Source: Nitrospiraceae bacterium (lineage in GTDB: Bacteria; Nitrospirota; Nitrospiria; Nitrospirales; UBA2166). Taken from it: DNA of 64,000 nucleotides. This document shows positions 1 through 8,885 of this stretch, piece by piece (within the stretch, counting starts at the first letter, position 1; each line of letters opens with the position of its first letter). Under the pieces are notes generated by a model. It was not told the origin of the DNA and searched no databases. It saw nothing but the letters and a program-made list of their open reading frames with translations. The stretch is taken from contig PBSN01000008.1 in assembly GCA_002726235.1 (NCBI GenBank), forward strand, positions 561,781 through 625,780, read 5' to 3'. The position numbers and the translations under genes were made by a program.

Positions 1-2
1 TG

Positions 3-578
3 TTCGGATCGAATGGCTCAGGAAAGTCAACTATCCTGAAGACTTTGGTTGGCATTCTTCCCCTTATCACAGGGAACATTCATTACCATAATAGCGCTGA
101 GAGTTCACGGTTCAATTGTGGGTATGTTCCACAAGGCGAAACACTCGATGCCGCCTATCCCCTCTCTGCCAAAGACGTTGTGCTCATGGGAATACTCGCA
201 TACCGTTCGCCTCTGCAACGTACTCATCGCACCCACCATCTCGCAGCAATTGGGCACCTTGCTCAAGTCGGATTGATAGAACACAGCGATCGACTATTCG
301 CCACCTTATCGGTAGGGCAAAAACGGCGAGTGTTGATTGCACGTGCATTGGCAACTCAACCAAACTGCTTGGTCATGGACGAACCAACGAGTGGTGTTGA
401 CCGCGAAAGTGCAAGAACAATATTTAAACTGTTGGAGAATCTGAAACGCATTAGGAACCTCAGTATCCTTGTCGTCAGCCATAGAGCAGAAGAAATTGTT
501 CATATGGCCGACACCGTAATTAGGATTGAGCAAGGCCGGTTAGTAATTGAATCACCGCCAAAACTCGACGAGATATGA
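3..578 (+). CDS. Metal (Zn/Mn) ABC transporter ATP-binding protein, 5'-truncated by the window edge
   Basis: The frame is open from base 3 and contains Walker A GSNGSGKS upstream of the listed ORF start, plus GYVPQ, signature LSVGQKRR, Walker B LVMDEP and H-loop VVSH. Overlaps the permease (ATGA). Confidence 0.9.
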   Translation, partial: FGSNGSGKSTILKTLVGILPLITGNIHYHNSAESSRFNCGYVPQGETLDAAYPLSAKDVVLMGILAYRSPLQRTHRTHHLAAIGHLAQVGLIEHSDRLFATLSVGQKRRVLIARALATQPNCLVMDEPTSGVDRESARTIFKLLENLKRIRNLSILVVSHRAEEIVHMADTVIRIEQGRLVIESPPKLDEI

Positions 579-1453
579 GCACTCTTCTTGAAATGTTCAG
601 TTCAGGCTTCCTTCTGCAAGAAGCGCTCTATGGAAGTCTCTTGCTTGGCATGGTGTGTCCACTCGCCGGAATATATCTTGTACTGAGGAGAATGGTCTTG
701 TTCGGTATCGCCCTGCCTCAGATATCATCTGCGGGCATTGCGTTTGCGTATCTTCTTCACACGGTCGGTATTCATATCTTCCCGCATGAGGATCTCGAGC
801 GCACAACGGCAATGATAGGTTCTCTGACATTTACTTTCGTAGCCATTATCGCCTTAGTATTGGTGGACCAACGAGGATTTACGCTCAATGACGCACACAT
901 CGGTTCTGCATATGCCGTGGCTGCGGCATTAAGCATTCTCTTCGTCTCTGCAAACCCATTTGGAGAGCGAGAAATCCTTTCGCTGCTGAAAGGCGAGGTT
1001 CTCGGAATGCTCCCGAACGACCTCCCACTTCTTATCATAACGGCCTCAGCTGTCACTCTCTGCCTCGTGATTTTTCAACGGTTCTTTACGCTGGTGTCGT
1101 TTGATCCCGCCATGGCGATGACAATGGGAAAAAATGTGTCAGGCTGGAATCTCTTTCTCTTCGGACTGATCGGCATACTCGTTGCTCATGGTGTGATATT
1201 GGTTGGCCCCTTGATGATCTTTGGATTTCTCGTTCTTCCGGCAGTCGCCGCACATCAAGTCGCGATGCTCTATGCGTGGGATATCTCAAAATGCTCACTA
1301 CTCGCGGCAATATTAGGTGGAATTTCAAGTCTAATTGGCTTTTACCTGTCGCTGCGCTTTGATCTCCCCTTAGGACCCACCGATGTTACCACCGCATTTA
1401 TAGTTCTTCTCTGCACGACCCTGTGGACCAAATCCATGCGGGTAAAAACTTAA
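575..1453 (+). CDS. Metal ABC transporter permease (ZnuB/MntB, ABC-3 family)
   Basis: Multi-TM protein with GIYLVLRRM, SFDPAMA and DLPLGPT motifs typical of ABC-3 permeases; coupled to the ATPase. Confidence 0.88.
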   Translation: MSTLLEMFSSGFLLQEALYGSLLLGMVCPLAGIYLVLRRMVLFGIALPQISSAGIAFAYLLHTVGIHIFPHEDLERTTAMIGSLTFTFVAIIALVLVDQRGFTLNDAHIGSAYAVAAALSILFVSANPFGEREILSLLKGEVLGMLPNDLPLLIITASAVTLCLVIFQRFFTLVSFDPAMAMTMGKNVSGWNLFLFGLIGILVAHGVILVGPLMIFGFLVLPAVAAHQVAMLYAWDISKCSLLAAILGGISSLIGFYLSLRFDLPLGPTDVTTAFIVLLCTTLWTKSMRVKT

Positions 1454-1536
1454 ATTCACGAATGTTATCAACAGCTTGAGTATGTTACAGTATTTCCATT
1501 CACTAGCCTACTGCTCCGCAAAGCGAGGAGAAGCCG

Positions 1537-2757
1537 TTGCCCGCATTCACATACCGCGCGACAGATCTCAATGGGGTTGTCACCGAAGGAAAAATGGAAG
1601 TCCGTGACGAACAGGCTGTTGTCTCACGGCTTCAAGACGATGGGAAAATCCCGATTCGGGTGGTCGAAGAACGCGGTCCAGAACCGTCATCGATTAATAT
1701 CTCGATTGCCTCACTCTTTTCGCGAGTATCGAAACGCGAAATTTTGACCCTCACTCAAGAAATGGCGACACTGCTTGAAGCTGGGTTGCCTCTCGATCGT
1801 AGCTTAAGCATTCTATCTGGACTGACACCAAACCAAGCCCTACGAAAGATAATCGACCAAGTACTCACCGATGTGCAGGGAGGAAACTCCTTAGCCACTG
1901 CCCTGTCGAAATACCCACATATTTTCTCACGACTGTACGTGAACCTTGTTCGCGCCGGTGAAACAGGCGGGGTGCTCAATGCTGTGTTGCGCCGTATCGC
2001 AGAGTTCCTCGAACGCGCGCAAGATCTCAAAGATTATCTGAGCTCTGCCATGGCCTATCCGATCGTATTATTCGTCGCAAGCGGCGCATCCATTGTGCTG
2101 CTTCTTGCGTTTGTCGTTCCGCGCTTTGCAACGATTTTCAGCGATGCGGCGGTCTCTCTCCCACTCCCGTTGCAATTCTTGTTAACCGTGAGCGAGATCT
2201 TAAGCACCTACTGGTGGGGGGTTACGATCGTATGCATTAGCCTGATCGTAGCATGGCGCCTCTATACCTACACGCCCACCGGCCTCCTCATTTGGGATCA
2301 GCTAAAACTCAATCTCCCCTTTCTTGGAGCCGTGCTGCAAAAAGCGGAAGTGGCGGGATTGGCTCGAACCCTTGGAACACTACTTCACAACGGTGTTCCA
2401 ATTTTGCAGGCGATGGAAATCGTCAAAGAAACGGTTGACAACCGTGTGTTTTCGCTGGCCATCGACGAGGCACGGCAAAACTTAAAGAGAGGGGTTGGAA
2501 TTGGCGATGCACTCAAACAGATTAAAGTCTTTCCCTCTCTCGCAACCCAAATGACTATCGTGGGAGATGAAACTGGTCGCCTTGATGCGATGCTACTGAC
2601 CGTCGCAGACACATACGACCAACAAGTACGAACATCAATTAAACGCTTGACCGCTCTGTTGGAGCCAATCATGATTCTTGGGATGGCGCTCATCGTCGGC
2701 GGCATTGTTATTTCGATGCTTGTCGGCATCTTTAGCATTAACGACCTTCCATTCTAA
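1537..2757 (+). CDS. gspF: Type II secretion inner-membrane platform protein F
   Basis: Two T2SSF repeats (LLEAGLPL...GETGGVL; LLHNGVPIL...GDETGRLD), ALLEP motif; RBS gagga upstream of the TTG start. Confidence 0.93.
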   Translation: MPAFTYRATDLNGVVTEGKMEVRDEQAVVSRLQDDGKIPIRVVEERGPEPSSINISIASLFSRVSKREILTLTQEMATLLEAGLPLDRSLSILSGLTPNQALRKIIDQVLTDVQGGNSLATALSKYPHIFSRLYVNLVRAGETGGVLNAVLRRIAEFLERAQDLKDYLSSAMAYPIVLFVASGASIVLLLAFVVPRFATIFSDAAVSLPLPLQFLLTVSEILSTYWWGVTIVCISLIVAWRLYTYTPTGLLIWDQLKLNLPFLGAVLQKAEVAGLARTLGTLLHNGVPILQAMEIVKETVDNRVFSLAIDEARQNLKRGVGIGDALKQIKVFPSLATQMTIVGDETGRLDAMLLTVADTYDQQVRTSIKRLTALLEPIMILGMALIVGGIVISMLVGIFSINDLPF

Positions 2758-2768
2758 AGGGCAAACAT

Positions 2769-3209
2769 ATGTCAAAACTCAAACGAAATAGACGAGGGTT
2801 TACTCTCATCGAACTCTTGGTAGTCATGATTATCATCGGCTTGCTTGCCGCCCTAGTTGGCCCCAGACTCTTCAGCAAAGTTGGAAGTTCGAAAACCAAA
2901 GCAGCACAGGCGCAGATTGAAATGCTGGGAACCGCACTGGACATGTTCCGCCTCGATGTCGGTCGATACCCGGAGTCCTCCGAAGGATTAGAAGCCCTCC
3001 GTGAGGAACCATCGGGGGTTGAAAAATGGGAAGGACCCTACCTTCCCAAGCCTGTCCCTCTCGACCCGTGGAGCAGGGAATATGAATACTCCTCACCTGG
3101 CGAACACGGTGACTACGACCTGAGCTCAACCGGAGCCGATGGAACGCCTGGCGGTGAAGGCGAAAGCGCCGATATCGTGAATTGGGGTAACGGGACGGGC
3201 GATGAGTAA
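2769..3209 (+). CDS. gspG: Type II secretion major pseudopilin G
   Basis: Prepilin site RG|FTLIELLVV; ALDMFRLDVGRYP, WEGPYL, DPW and GADG motifs of GspG. Confidence 0.96.
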   Translation: MSKLKRNRRGFTLIELLVVMIIIGLLAALVGPRLFSKVGSSKTKAAQAQIEMLGTALDMFRLDVGRYPESSEGLEALREEPSGVEKWEGPYLPKPVPLDPWSREYEYSSPGEHGDYDLSSTGADGTPGGEGESADIVNWGNGTGDE

Positions 3210-3687
3210 GACCCATGACGGGTTTACACTTATCGAGCTGGTTGTCGTTCTTATTCTGATCGGTATCTCAGTCGCGCTGGTTGCACCAACCATTGCTCAC
3301 AGTCTCGGGCAGGCACAGTTTAGAAAAGATATTCGGTCAGTCTCTGCCATGCTCACACTCGCGCGAAGCCAAGCAATCACACACAAAATTCCATACGCAT
3401 TTTCGATCGACATTAATGAACGCATGATCTGGATCAACCCATATCAGCAAGAACGTGGGGAACCACCAAAACGCATCACACAATCCCCCCTCTCCCACAC
3501 TGACACACTGCGAGTGACAGCGCAGACTCGGGAGAATACCAGCGGAACCCACACATTGATGTTCTACCCCAATGGAAGTTCGGGTGGCGGGACCATTCAG
3601 ATGGCTCGCAGCGGCCAGGAGGAAACGGTCGAGATCAAACTCAATATTGTCACAGGACTTGCAACTTCAACACGCTCGTTAAATTAG
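3202..3687 (+). CDS. gspH: Minor pseudopilin H (GspH/FimT)
   Basis: G|FTLIELVVV leader, ARSQAI, FYPNGSSGGG. Confidence 0.85.
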   Translation: MSKTHDGFTLIELVVVLILIGISVALVAPTIAHSLGQAQFRKDIRSVSAMLTLARSQAITHKIPYAFSIDINERMIWINPYQQERGEPPKRITQSPLSHTDTLRVTAQTRENTSGTHTLMFYPNGSSGGGTIQMARSGQEETVEIKLNIVTGLATSTRSLN

Positions 3688-3690
3688 CTG

Positions 3691-4182
3691 ATGAACCGCG
3701 TTCGATCCACCCTGGGGTTTACTCTTTTTGAAACTCTTATTGCCGTGATGATTCTCGCCATCGCGTTCCCCATCCTGTTCCAATTGTTTTCTGGAACGCT
3801 TCGCGCGGTTAAAAAATCAAGAGATTACACTCAAGCCACAGCCTTTGCTCAGCACAAACTGGAAGAACTTACCATCATGAAATCCCCACCGATGGAATTG
3901 GAATCCGGAAAGGGGCCCGAAGGGATTTTTTGGGAGCGGATCGTCGTCCCAGCCGACCCCATCCCCGAGTTGCCTCCCATCGACGAGGATAGCGGTGGTG
4001 AAGCTCCCATCACACCTCCTGCGTCTCTCTACAAAGCCACAGTCTCAGTCAGGTGGGATGCCGACCCGTCTGCTCCATCAACCAGCTTTCACACACTCGC
4101 CGCATTTGCTCCGACATCATCTGCAGAAATTGACCCAGATGATCCAGACCTTGAGGAATCAAGTGACAACGCTCTCCCCTAA
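3691..4182 (+). CDS. gspI: Minor pseudopilin I
   Basis: G|FTLFETLIA leader, operon position, acidic C-terminal tail. Confidence 0.8.
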   Translation: MNRVRSTLGFTLFETLIAVMILAIAFPILFQLFSGTLRAVKKSRDYTQATAFAQHKLEELTIMKSPPMELESGKGPEGIFWERIVVPADPIPELPPIDEDSGGEAPITPPASLYKATVSVRWDADPSAPSTSFHTLAAFAPTSSAEIDPDDPDLEESSDNALP

Positions 4183-4954
4183 CCTAACCTGCCGGAGAGG
4201 ATTTACTCTTCTTGAGCTTCTGATCACCATCACGCTCCTTGGAGTAGTGATGGTAATCTTGGCTCAAGCCACAACGTTAAGCATTCAGACCTGGGAGAAA
4301 GGAACCGCATCACAACTCGCAAATCAGCAGACATCTGTTGTCACCGATATGTTGTCGCAACAACTCCGCTCCGCTTACCCACTGCAAATTCCTATCACGA
4401 AAGAAGATGGAAGCAAGAATCCATCAAAGAAAATCCTTGTCTTTGATGGAGGACCAGAATCTGTCGCGTTTGTCACAACCAAACCCCTTGGCAATGAAAG
4501 CCAAGCGGGTTTGCATCTTGTTGTGTACTACCTCGAACGTAAAAAAAACGCACCAACGAGTCACCTTATCGCCGCCTATCGCTCCGTCTATCATAGGCAA
4601 TTTTATGAGACCCCTTTTACTGACGAGGAAAAAACTCGACTCCTCTCAGAAGTCACCACCATGAAAATAGAGTATTACGATGGCGAATCCGGAACGTGGT
4701 TTCCTGAGTGGATAATTAAAGATCCAACGCAACCACTTCCACCTGAAGATCCTAATGAGCTTCTTGCTCCCTTGCCGAAAACAACACTTCCCTCTGCCGT
4801 CAAACTCCATCTGGAACATGGACCACAAAGCTCACCCACCCTCTCTGAACTACTGATTCCCATCATCGCCCAAGGAAAAGACGATAAGACGGCGGCATCC
4901 CAACAGAAAGCCGGCGATGACGATGATGACGATGATGACGATGATGACGATTAA
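4163..4954 (+). CDS. gspJ: Minor pseudopilin J with C-terminal poly-Asp
   Basis: RRG|FTLLELLI leader just after a GTG at 4163 with RBS gagg (the ORF track's 3995 start is too long); LPSAVKL C-terminal motif; ends in 12 Asp. Confidence 0.82.
   Translation: MTTLSPNLTCRRGFTLLELLITITLLGVVMVILAQATTLSIQTWEKGTASQLANQQTSVVTDMLSQQLRSAYPLQIPITKEDGSKNPSKKILVFDGGPESVAFVTTKPLGNESQAGLHLVVYYLERKKNAPTSHLIAAYRSVYHRQFYETPFTDEEKTRLLSEVTTMKIEYYDGESGTWFPEWIIKDPTQPLPPEDPNELLAPLPKTTLPSAVKLHLEHGPQSSPTLSELLIPIIAQGKDDKTAASQQKAGDDDDDDDDDDDD
4916..4951 (+). repeat. GAY codon microsatellite (9-bp unit gatgatgac) encoding 12 Asp
   Basis: Read directly: gat gac gat gat gac gat gat gac gat gat gac gat taa. Confidence 0.9.
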
Positions 4955-4970
4955 GAAGCGTGTGAAGTAG

Positions 4971-6086
4971 ATGAACCTTACTATGGAAGGTCCTTTACAG
5001 CATGTGCGACAACAGGAAGGCATGGCCCTCGTGCTCGTCCTATGGATCCTAATGCTTCTGACCGTGCTCGCATTTGAATTTTCAGTCATGACGCGAACCG
5101 AAGCAAAAGTCACCCTCAATCAGCGAGAGTCAACAGAAGCGTACTATCTTGCACGAGCCGGAATATATAAGGCCATTGCTGAACTAAGCCAGCCCGTGAG
5201 TAGCGAACCGGATGATGACGAGGAAGATCTCACGCCATTTAATCCTCCTCCTGACGCTGATCCTCTTGAAGCTCCATGGATGACAGATGGACGCCCCTAT
5301 CAGGTTACATTGGACAACGGCACTGCTGAGGTTCGAATATATGACGAGGGAGGAAAGATCAACCTAAATGAAGCGAATGGATCTACGTTACGAGAACTAT
5401 TGAGCACGCTTCGCCTTGAGCAAAGTATCTCCGGAATCGTGGATCCTATTCTTGACTGGCGAGATCCGGACAACAACTATCATCGGAACGGCGCTGAAGA
5501 TACCTACTACCTATCACTGCCTGAACCTTATCATGCAAAAAACGGTCCCTTTGATACCATGGATGAACTGCTCTGGGTCAAAGGCATTACCCCGGATATT
5601 TTCTATGGAAAACAACCAGAACCAGGGAGGCTTGGACGCATTGGGCTTATCGATGTACTCACCGCCTCCCTTGATGCGAAACCCGCGGTGGTAGGATCAT
5701 CTACTGATGACGATGAAGAGGAGGAAGAGGAGGAGGAATCAATTCAATTCAAAGTGAACGTCAATACTGCTCCTCCGGAGGTCCTGATGTCGATCCCAGG
5801 CATCTCTGAATCCCACACTCGCCTTATTGTCGCCGAACGGGAATTCTTTACATTTCTTACCACTGAAGACCTCGATCCATTCGTAGGTGATATCGACGAC
5901 GCAAGTCCATTTATCAGTTTTCAACCAAGTAATACGTACACCATCGACGCCCGTGGGAGCATCGCATCAAGTCCAGGTTATCACCACATACGTGCCATCG
6001 TCTCCATCTCTCCCAAAGGGCATAGAATCCTCCAATGGAATGATAGTATATACGCGCAATACCAACAGGCCCCGTATGGAAGCTAA
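4971..6086 (+). CDS. gspK: Minor pseudopilin K
   Basis: G|MALVLVLW leader (no E5, typical of GspK); DEGGKINLN, DWRDPD, ELLWVKG and VNVNTA motifs. Confidence 0.92.
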   Translation: MNLTMEGPLQHVRQQEGMALVLVLWILMLLTVLAFEFSVMTRTEAKVTLNQRESTEAYYLARAGIYKAIAELSQPVSSEPDDDEEDLTPFNPPPDADPLEAPWMTDGRPYQVTLDNGTAEVRIYDEGGKINLNEANGSTLRELLSTLRLEQSISGIVDPILDWRDPDNNYHRNGAEDTYYLSLPEPYHAKNGPFDTMDELLWVKGITPDIFYGKQPEPGRLGRIGLIDVLTASLDAKPAVVGSSTDDDEEEEEEEESIQFKVNVNTAPPEVLMSIPGISESHTRLIVAEREFFTFLTTEDLDPFVGDIDDASPFISFQPSNTYTIDARGSIASSPGYHHIRAIVSISPKGHRILQWNDSIYAQYQQAPYGS

Positions 6087-6104
6087 AGAAGGACTCACAA
6101 TATA

Positions 6105-7508
6105 ATGGCGCGAAGCCTCGCTATTCGACTCACAGACTTTCACGCTGAGTTTCTCTGCTTGCAGCGTTTAAGAGGCCGCACGAAGGTGACCGGACGACTC
6201 ACAATTCCCTTGGTATCTCCTGTACAAGAGGATGACAACGAGACCGTTCTTCTCACAAAAAGAGTCACAACATTCCTGAAAAACAACAAGATTCGAAATG
6301 GGCAAGTCTTCGCCTCAATCCCGCGTGAGGAAGTCGTACTGCGAGAGATTCAACTCCCGCTGGCAGTTGAAGAAAACCTCCAACAAGTATTGACCTATGA
6401 ACTTGACCGCTATACGCCATTTTCAAAGGACGAGGCCCATTTCGCATTTGAAATTGTGAATCGCAACTTGGATGCGAATACGTTGACACTCCTGCTCGCA
6501 GCCGTTGATAAGGCCCGCCTCCAAGGATACATCAAACGCCTAACACTCCTTGGGGTCACACCAAGCGCAATCGAAATCACGTCGACGGCCATGCTTAATA
6601 CTTTACGCCAAATACGCAAGCTCAAGGATACGACACCGTCACTCCCTATGCCTCTTCTGGCGATGATCGACATTCACGAAACAGGCTACGAGTTAATCAT
6701 CACGGAAGGCCCGTATCTGCGCTATACGCGATCGATACCGAAAAGCAACAATCTCATGTTGCATATCGGGGTAGAACTGGACAAAGGCATCGCAGCAATC
6801 AAGCGCGAAAAACAAGACGTGCAGGAGGTGATACTCGGATCATCAACCGGCGTACAACGTGAGCATCTCACTCCCGACAGTTTGGCAACCCACACAGGGC
6901 TGCACGTTGTATCGGCAGAGCCGTTTGCGTCTGAATCAATGGTGTTGATGGGCCTTGGGTTTCGTGGTCTCCACAACGGTACACCCACCATCAACCTCCT
7001 CCCTCAACAGACCCAGCTGCAATCGCCACGACGGCGGTATGCACCCACACTTGCCCTCATCGCGTTGCTGGGATGCCTGATGATCGGATATATCGCCATC
7101 GAAGTCGCCAACAACCGCGCCACGCTCAAAAACATCAATGATCAACTGAGCGCGCTCTCGCCGCAAATCTCTTCCATGACGGCACTGCAAGATCAATCCA
7201 CCACGGTCGAACAACGCCTCCAGACGATTGATTCGCTTGCACCAGGTCACCTTGGTGCCTTGGATGTTCTAAAGGAGTTAACAACTATCGTTCCAGACCA
7301 GAGTTGGTTGACAAATCTTACCTATAAAGCCCACAGTGTTACGTTAACTGGAAAGGCAAAATCGTCACCAGCACACTTAATTTCAGTACTCGAACACTCG
7401 GCACTCTTTTACGATGTCAACTTTAGTGAGCCTGTGAGTGGTCAAGAGTTTCGAATTCAGGCAAAAGTGCGGACAAACGCCATCGACATCAACACGGATA
7501 CCCCATGA
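6105..7508 (+). CDS. gspL: T2SS protein L (PilM-like cytoplasmic domain, TM, PilN-like periplasmic domain)
   Basis: Actin-like N-terminus (LPLAVEENLQQVLTYELDRYTPF), INLLP motif before a single TM, LKELTTIVPDQSWL. Confidence 0.8.
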   Translation: MARSLAIRLTDFHAEFLCLQRLRGRTKVTGRLTIPLVSPVQEDDNETVLLTKRVTTFLKNNKIRNGQVFASIPREEVVLREIQLPLAVEENLQQVLTYELDRYTPFSKDEAHFAFEIVNRNLDANTLTLLLAAVDKARLQGYIKRLTLLGVTPSAIEITSTAMLNTLRQIRKLKDTTPSLPMPLLAMIDIHETGYELIITEGPYLRYTRSIPKSNNLMLHIGVELDKGIAAIKREKQDVQEVILGSSTGVQREHLTPDSLATHTGLHVVSAEPFASESMVLMGLGFRGLHNGTPTINLLPQQTQLQSPRRRYAPTLALIALLGCLMIGYIAIEVANNRATLKNINDQLSALSPQISSMTALQDQSTTVEQRLQTIDSLAPGHLGALDVLKELTTIVPDQSWLTNLTYKAHSVTLTGKAKSSPAHLISVLEHSALFYDVNFSEPVSGQEFRIQAKVRTNAIDINTDTP

Positions 7509-8119
7509 CACTGTCCTCACGAGAACGTAATTCTGTCATCATCGGACTAGGTGCCGTATTGTTGTTTCTTGGTCTCCAGTATCTCGCCTTGCCTCTCATC
7601 GACCAGCGCAAAGCCATGAGTAACCAAATCGAAGTCAAAGCCTCGATCCTTCAACAATACCAAGCACGGTTGCATATGCTTCCCTCCCTTCAGCAAGAAC
7701 TGGCGGAACGCCAAGCCCGTCTCGAGGAAACAGAACAGCGTCTGATTAAAGGCTTAACTCCAGCACTCGGTGCCGCACGTGTTCAGCTCATTCTTGATGA
7801 CCTCTCCAAGCGACAGAAAGGAATTGCGATCAAAAGCACACGTGTCCTCGATTCCGAAGCACAGGGCAACTACACGAAAATCGCAATGCGTATCGCGCTA
7901 ACCGCTCAAACAAAGCTCCTCACAGACTTCCTATACGATATCGAACACCAGCCAGCTCGCCTGTCGGTCTCCGAGCTGACAATCCGGGTTCCCAATCCAA
8001 AGAAACCACGTGACTTGCGCGCAGATATTGTCATTGAAGCATTGATGAGACAACCCTCTGAGAAAGACGCGAAACCCGAACAAGATCCCAAGGTACAACC
8101 GAGGAGCGCAACTGCATGA
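7505..8119 (+). CDS. gspM: T2SS protein M (GspM/PilO-like)
   Basis: LSSRER N-terminus, TM, coiled coil, FLYDIE ferredoxin-like domain; ATGA-coupled to gspL. Confidence 0.8.
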   Translation: MTLSSRERNSVIIGLGAVLLFLGLQYLALPLIDQRKAMSNQIEVKASILQQYQARLHMLPSLQQELAERQARLEETEQRLIKGLTPALGAARVQLILDDLSKRQKGIAIKSTRVLDSEAQGNYTKIAMRIALTAQTKLLTDFLYDIEHQPARLSVSELTIRVPNPKKPRDLRADIVIEALMRQPSEKDAKPEQDPKVQPRSATA

Positions 8120-8835
8120 TCCGTTTGCTCAATTTCAGCCTTTTTGGAGGCATACTCGTACTGGGCACTAATATGATCGTCGCCGCGGGCCTTTGGATTC
8201 CAGACGATGACTTTCCTCTCTTCTTTGCCAAAACAACGCACATCCAACCCTTCCAGGCAATATCACCACGATCTCCTGCTATTGTGCGTGTTGGAACGAC
8301 AAAAGATGACATGACAGTCGTAGGCTCCCCATCAAAGGACTCATATTCCGTTATTGTCGAAAAAGATCTCTTTCACCCGACTCGGAAAAAACATATCGTT
8401 CAGAAAGCTGCACCGCGTCCACTCCCGAAGAACTCCGATCAAATACAAGCGCCCAAACCTAAAGATCAGCTTCCGAGACGAAGTCCTACGCACCCTAAGC
8501 GAGATTCGAAAAAGAAGCGCTCAGACCGTTTATCCCTCCAAGGGATCGTGCTATTTGGTGACTACCAGCGTGCACTCATTGCTGACCTCCTCCGAAAACC
8601 ACGGAATCCAATGGATGTCGGGATCGGAGATACCGTTGGTCGGTATACGGTGAAGGAAATATTGGAAGATCACGTCATTCTAACGGCCGGAGAAACCGAG
8701 ACGCGAACACTGGAAATGATGGAGGAAGATAAGTTGAACCGACGGAGCCATCTTGTCACCCCGACTTCTGGAACCCCTCCTAGCGGATCGAGAAATGGAA
8801 AAGCCAAGAAACGGGACCAGAAAGCCAAAAAATAG
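8116..8835 (+). CDS. GspC-like T2SS protein
   Basis: N-terminal TM, KDLFHPTR, Pro/Lys-rich linker and an HR-domain-like segment LSLQGIVLFG..ALI...VGIGDTVGRYTVKEI; lies between gspM and gspD. Confidence 0.6.
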   Translation: MIRLLNFSLFGGILVLGTNMIVAAGLWIPDDDFPLFFAKTTHIQPFQAISPRSPAIVRVGTTKDDMTVVGSPSKDSYSVIVEKDLFHPTRKKHIVQKAAPRPLPKNSDQIQAPKPKDQLPRRSPTHPKRDSKKKRSDRLSLQGIVLFGDYQRALIADLLRKPRNPMDVGIGDTVGRYTVKEILEDHVILTAGETETRTLEMMEEDKLNRRSHLVTPTSGTPPSGSRNGKAKKRDQKAKK

Positions 8836-8885
8836 TTACCCAAGTCGCCCAATTGTGTCACGTATTCATCAAGCTAGATAGACCC

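Noticed and set aside
3995-4162. N-terminal extension of GspJ in the ORF track
   Set aside because: It overlaps gspI; the prepilin site and RBS place the start at 4163.
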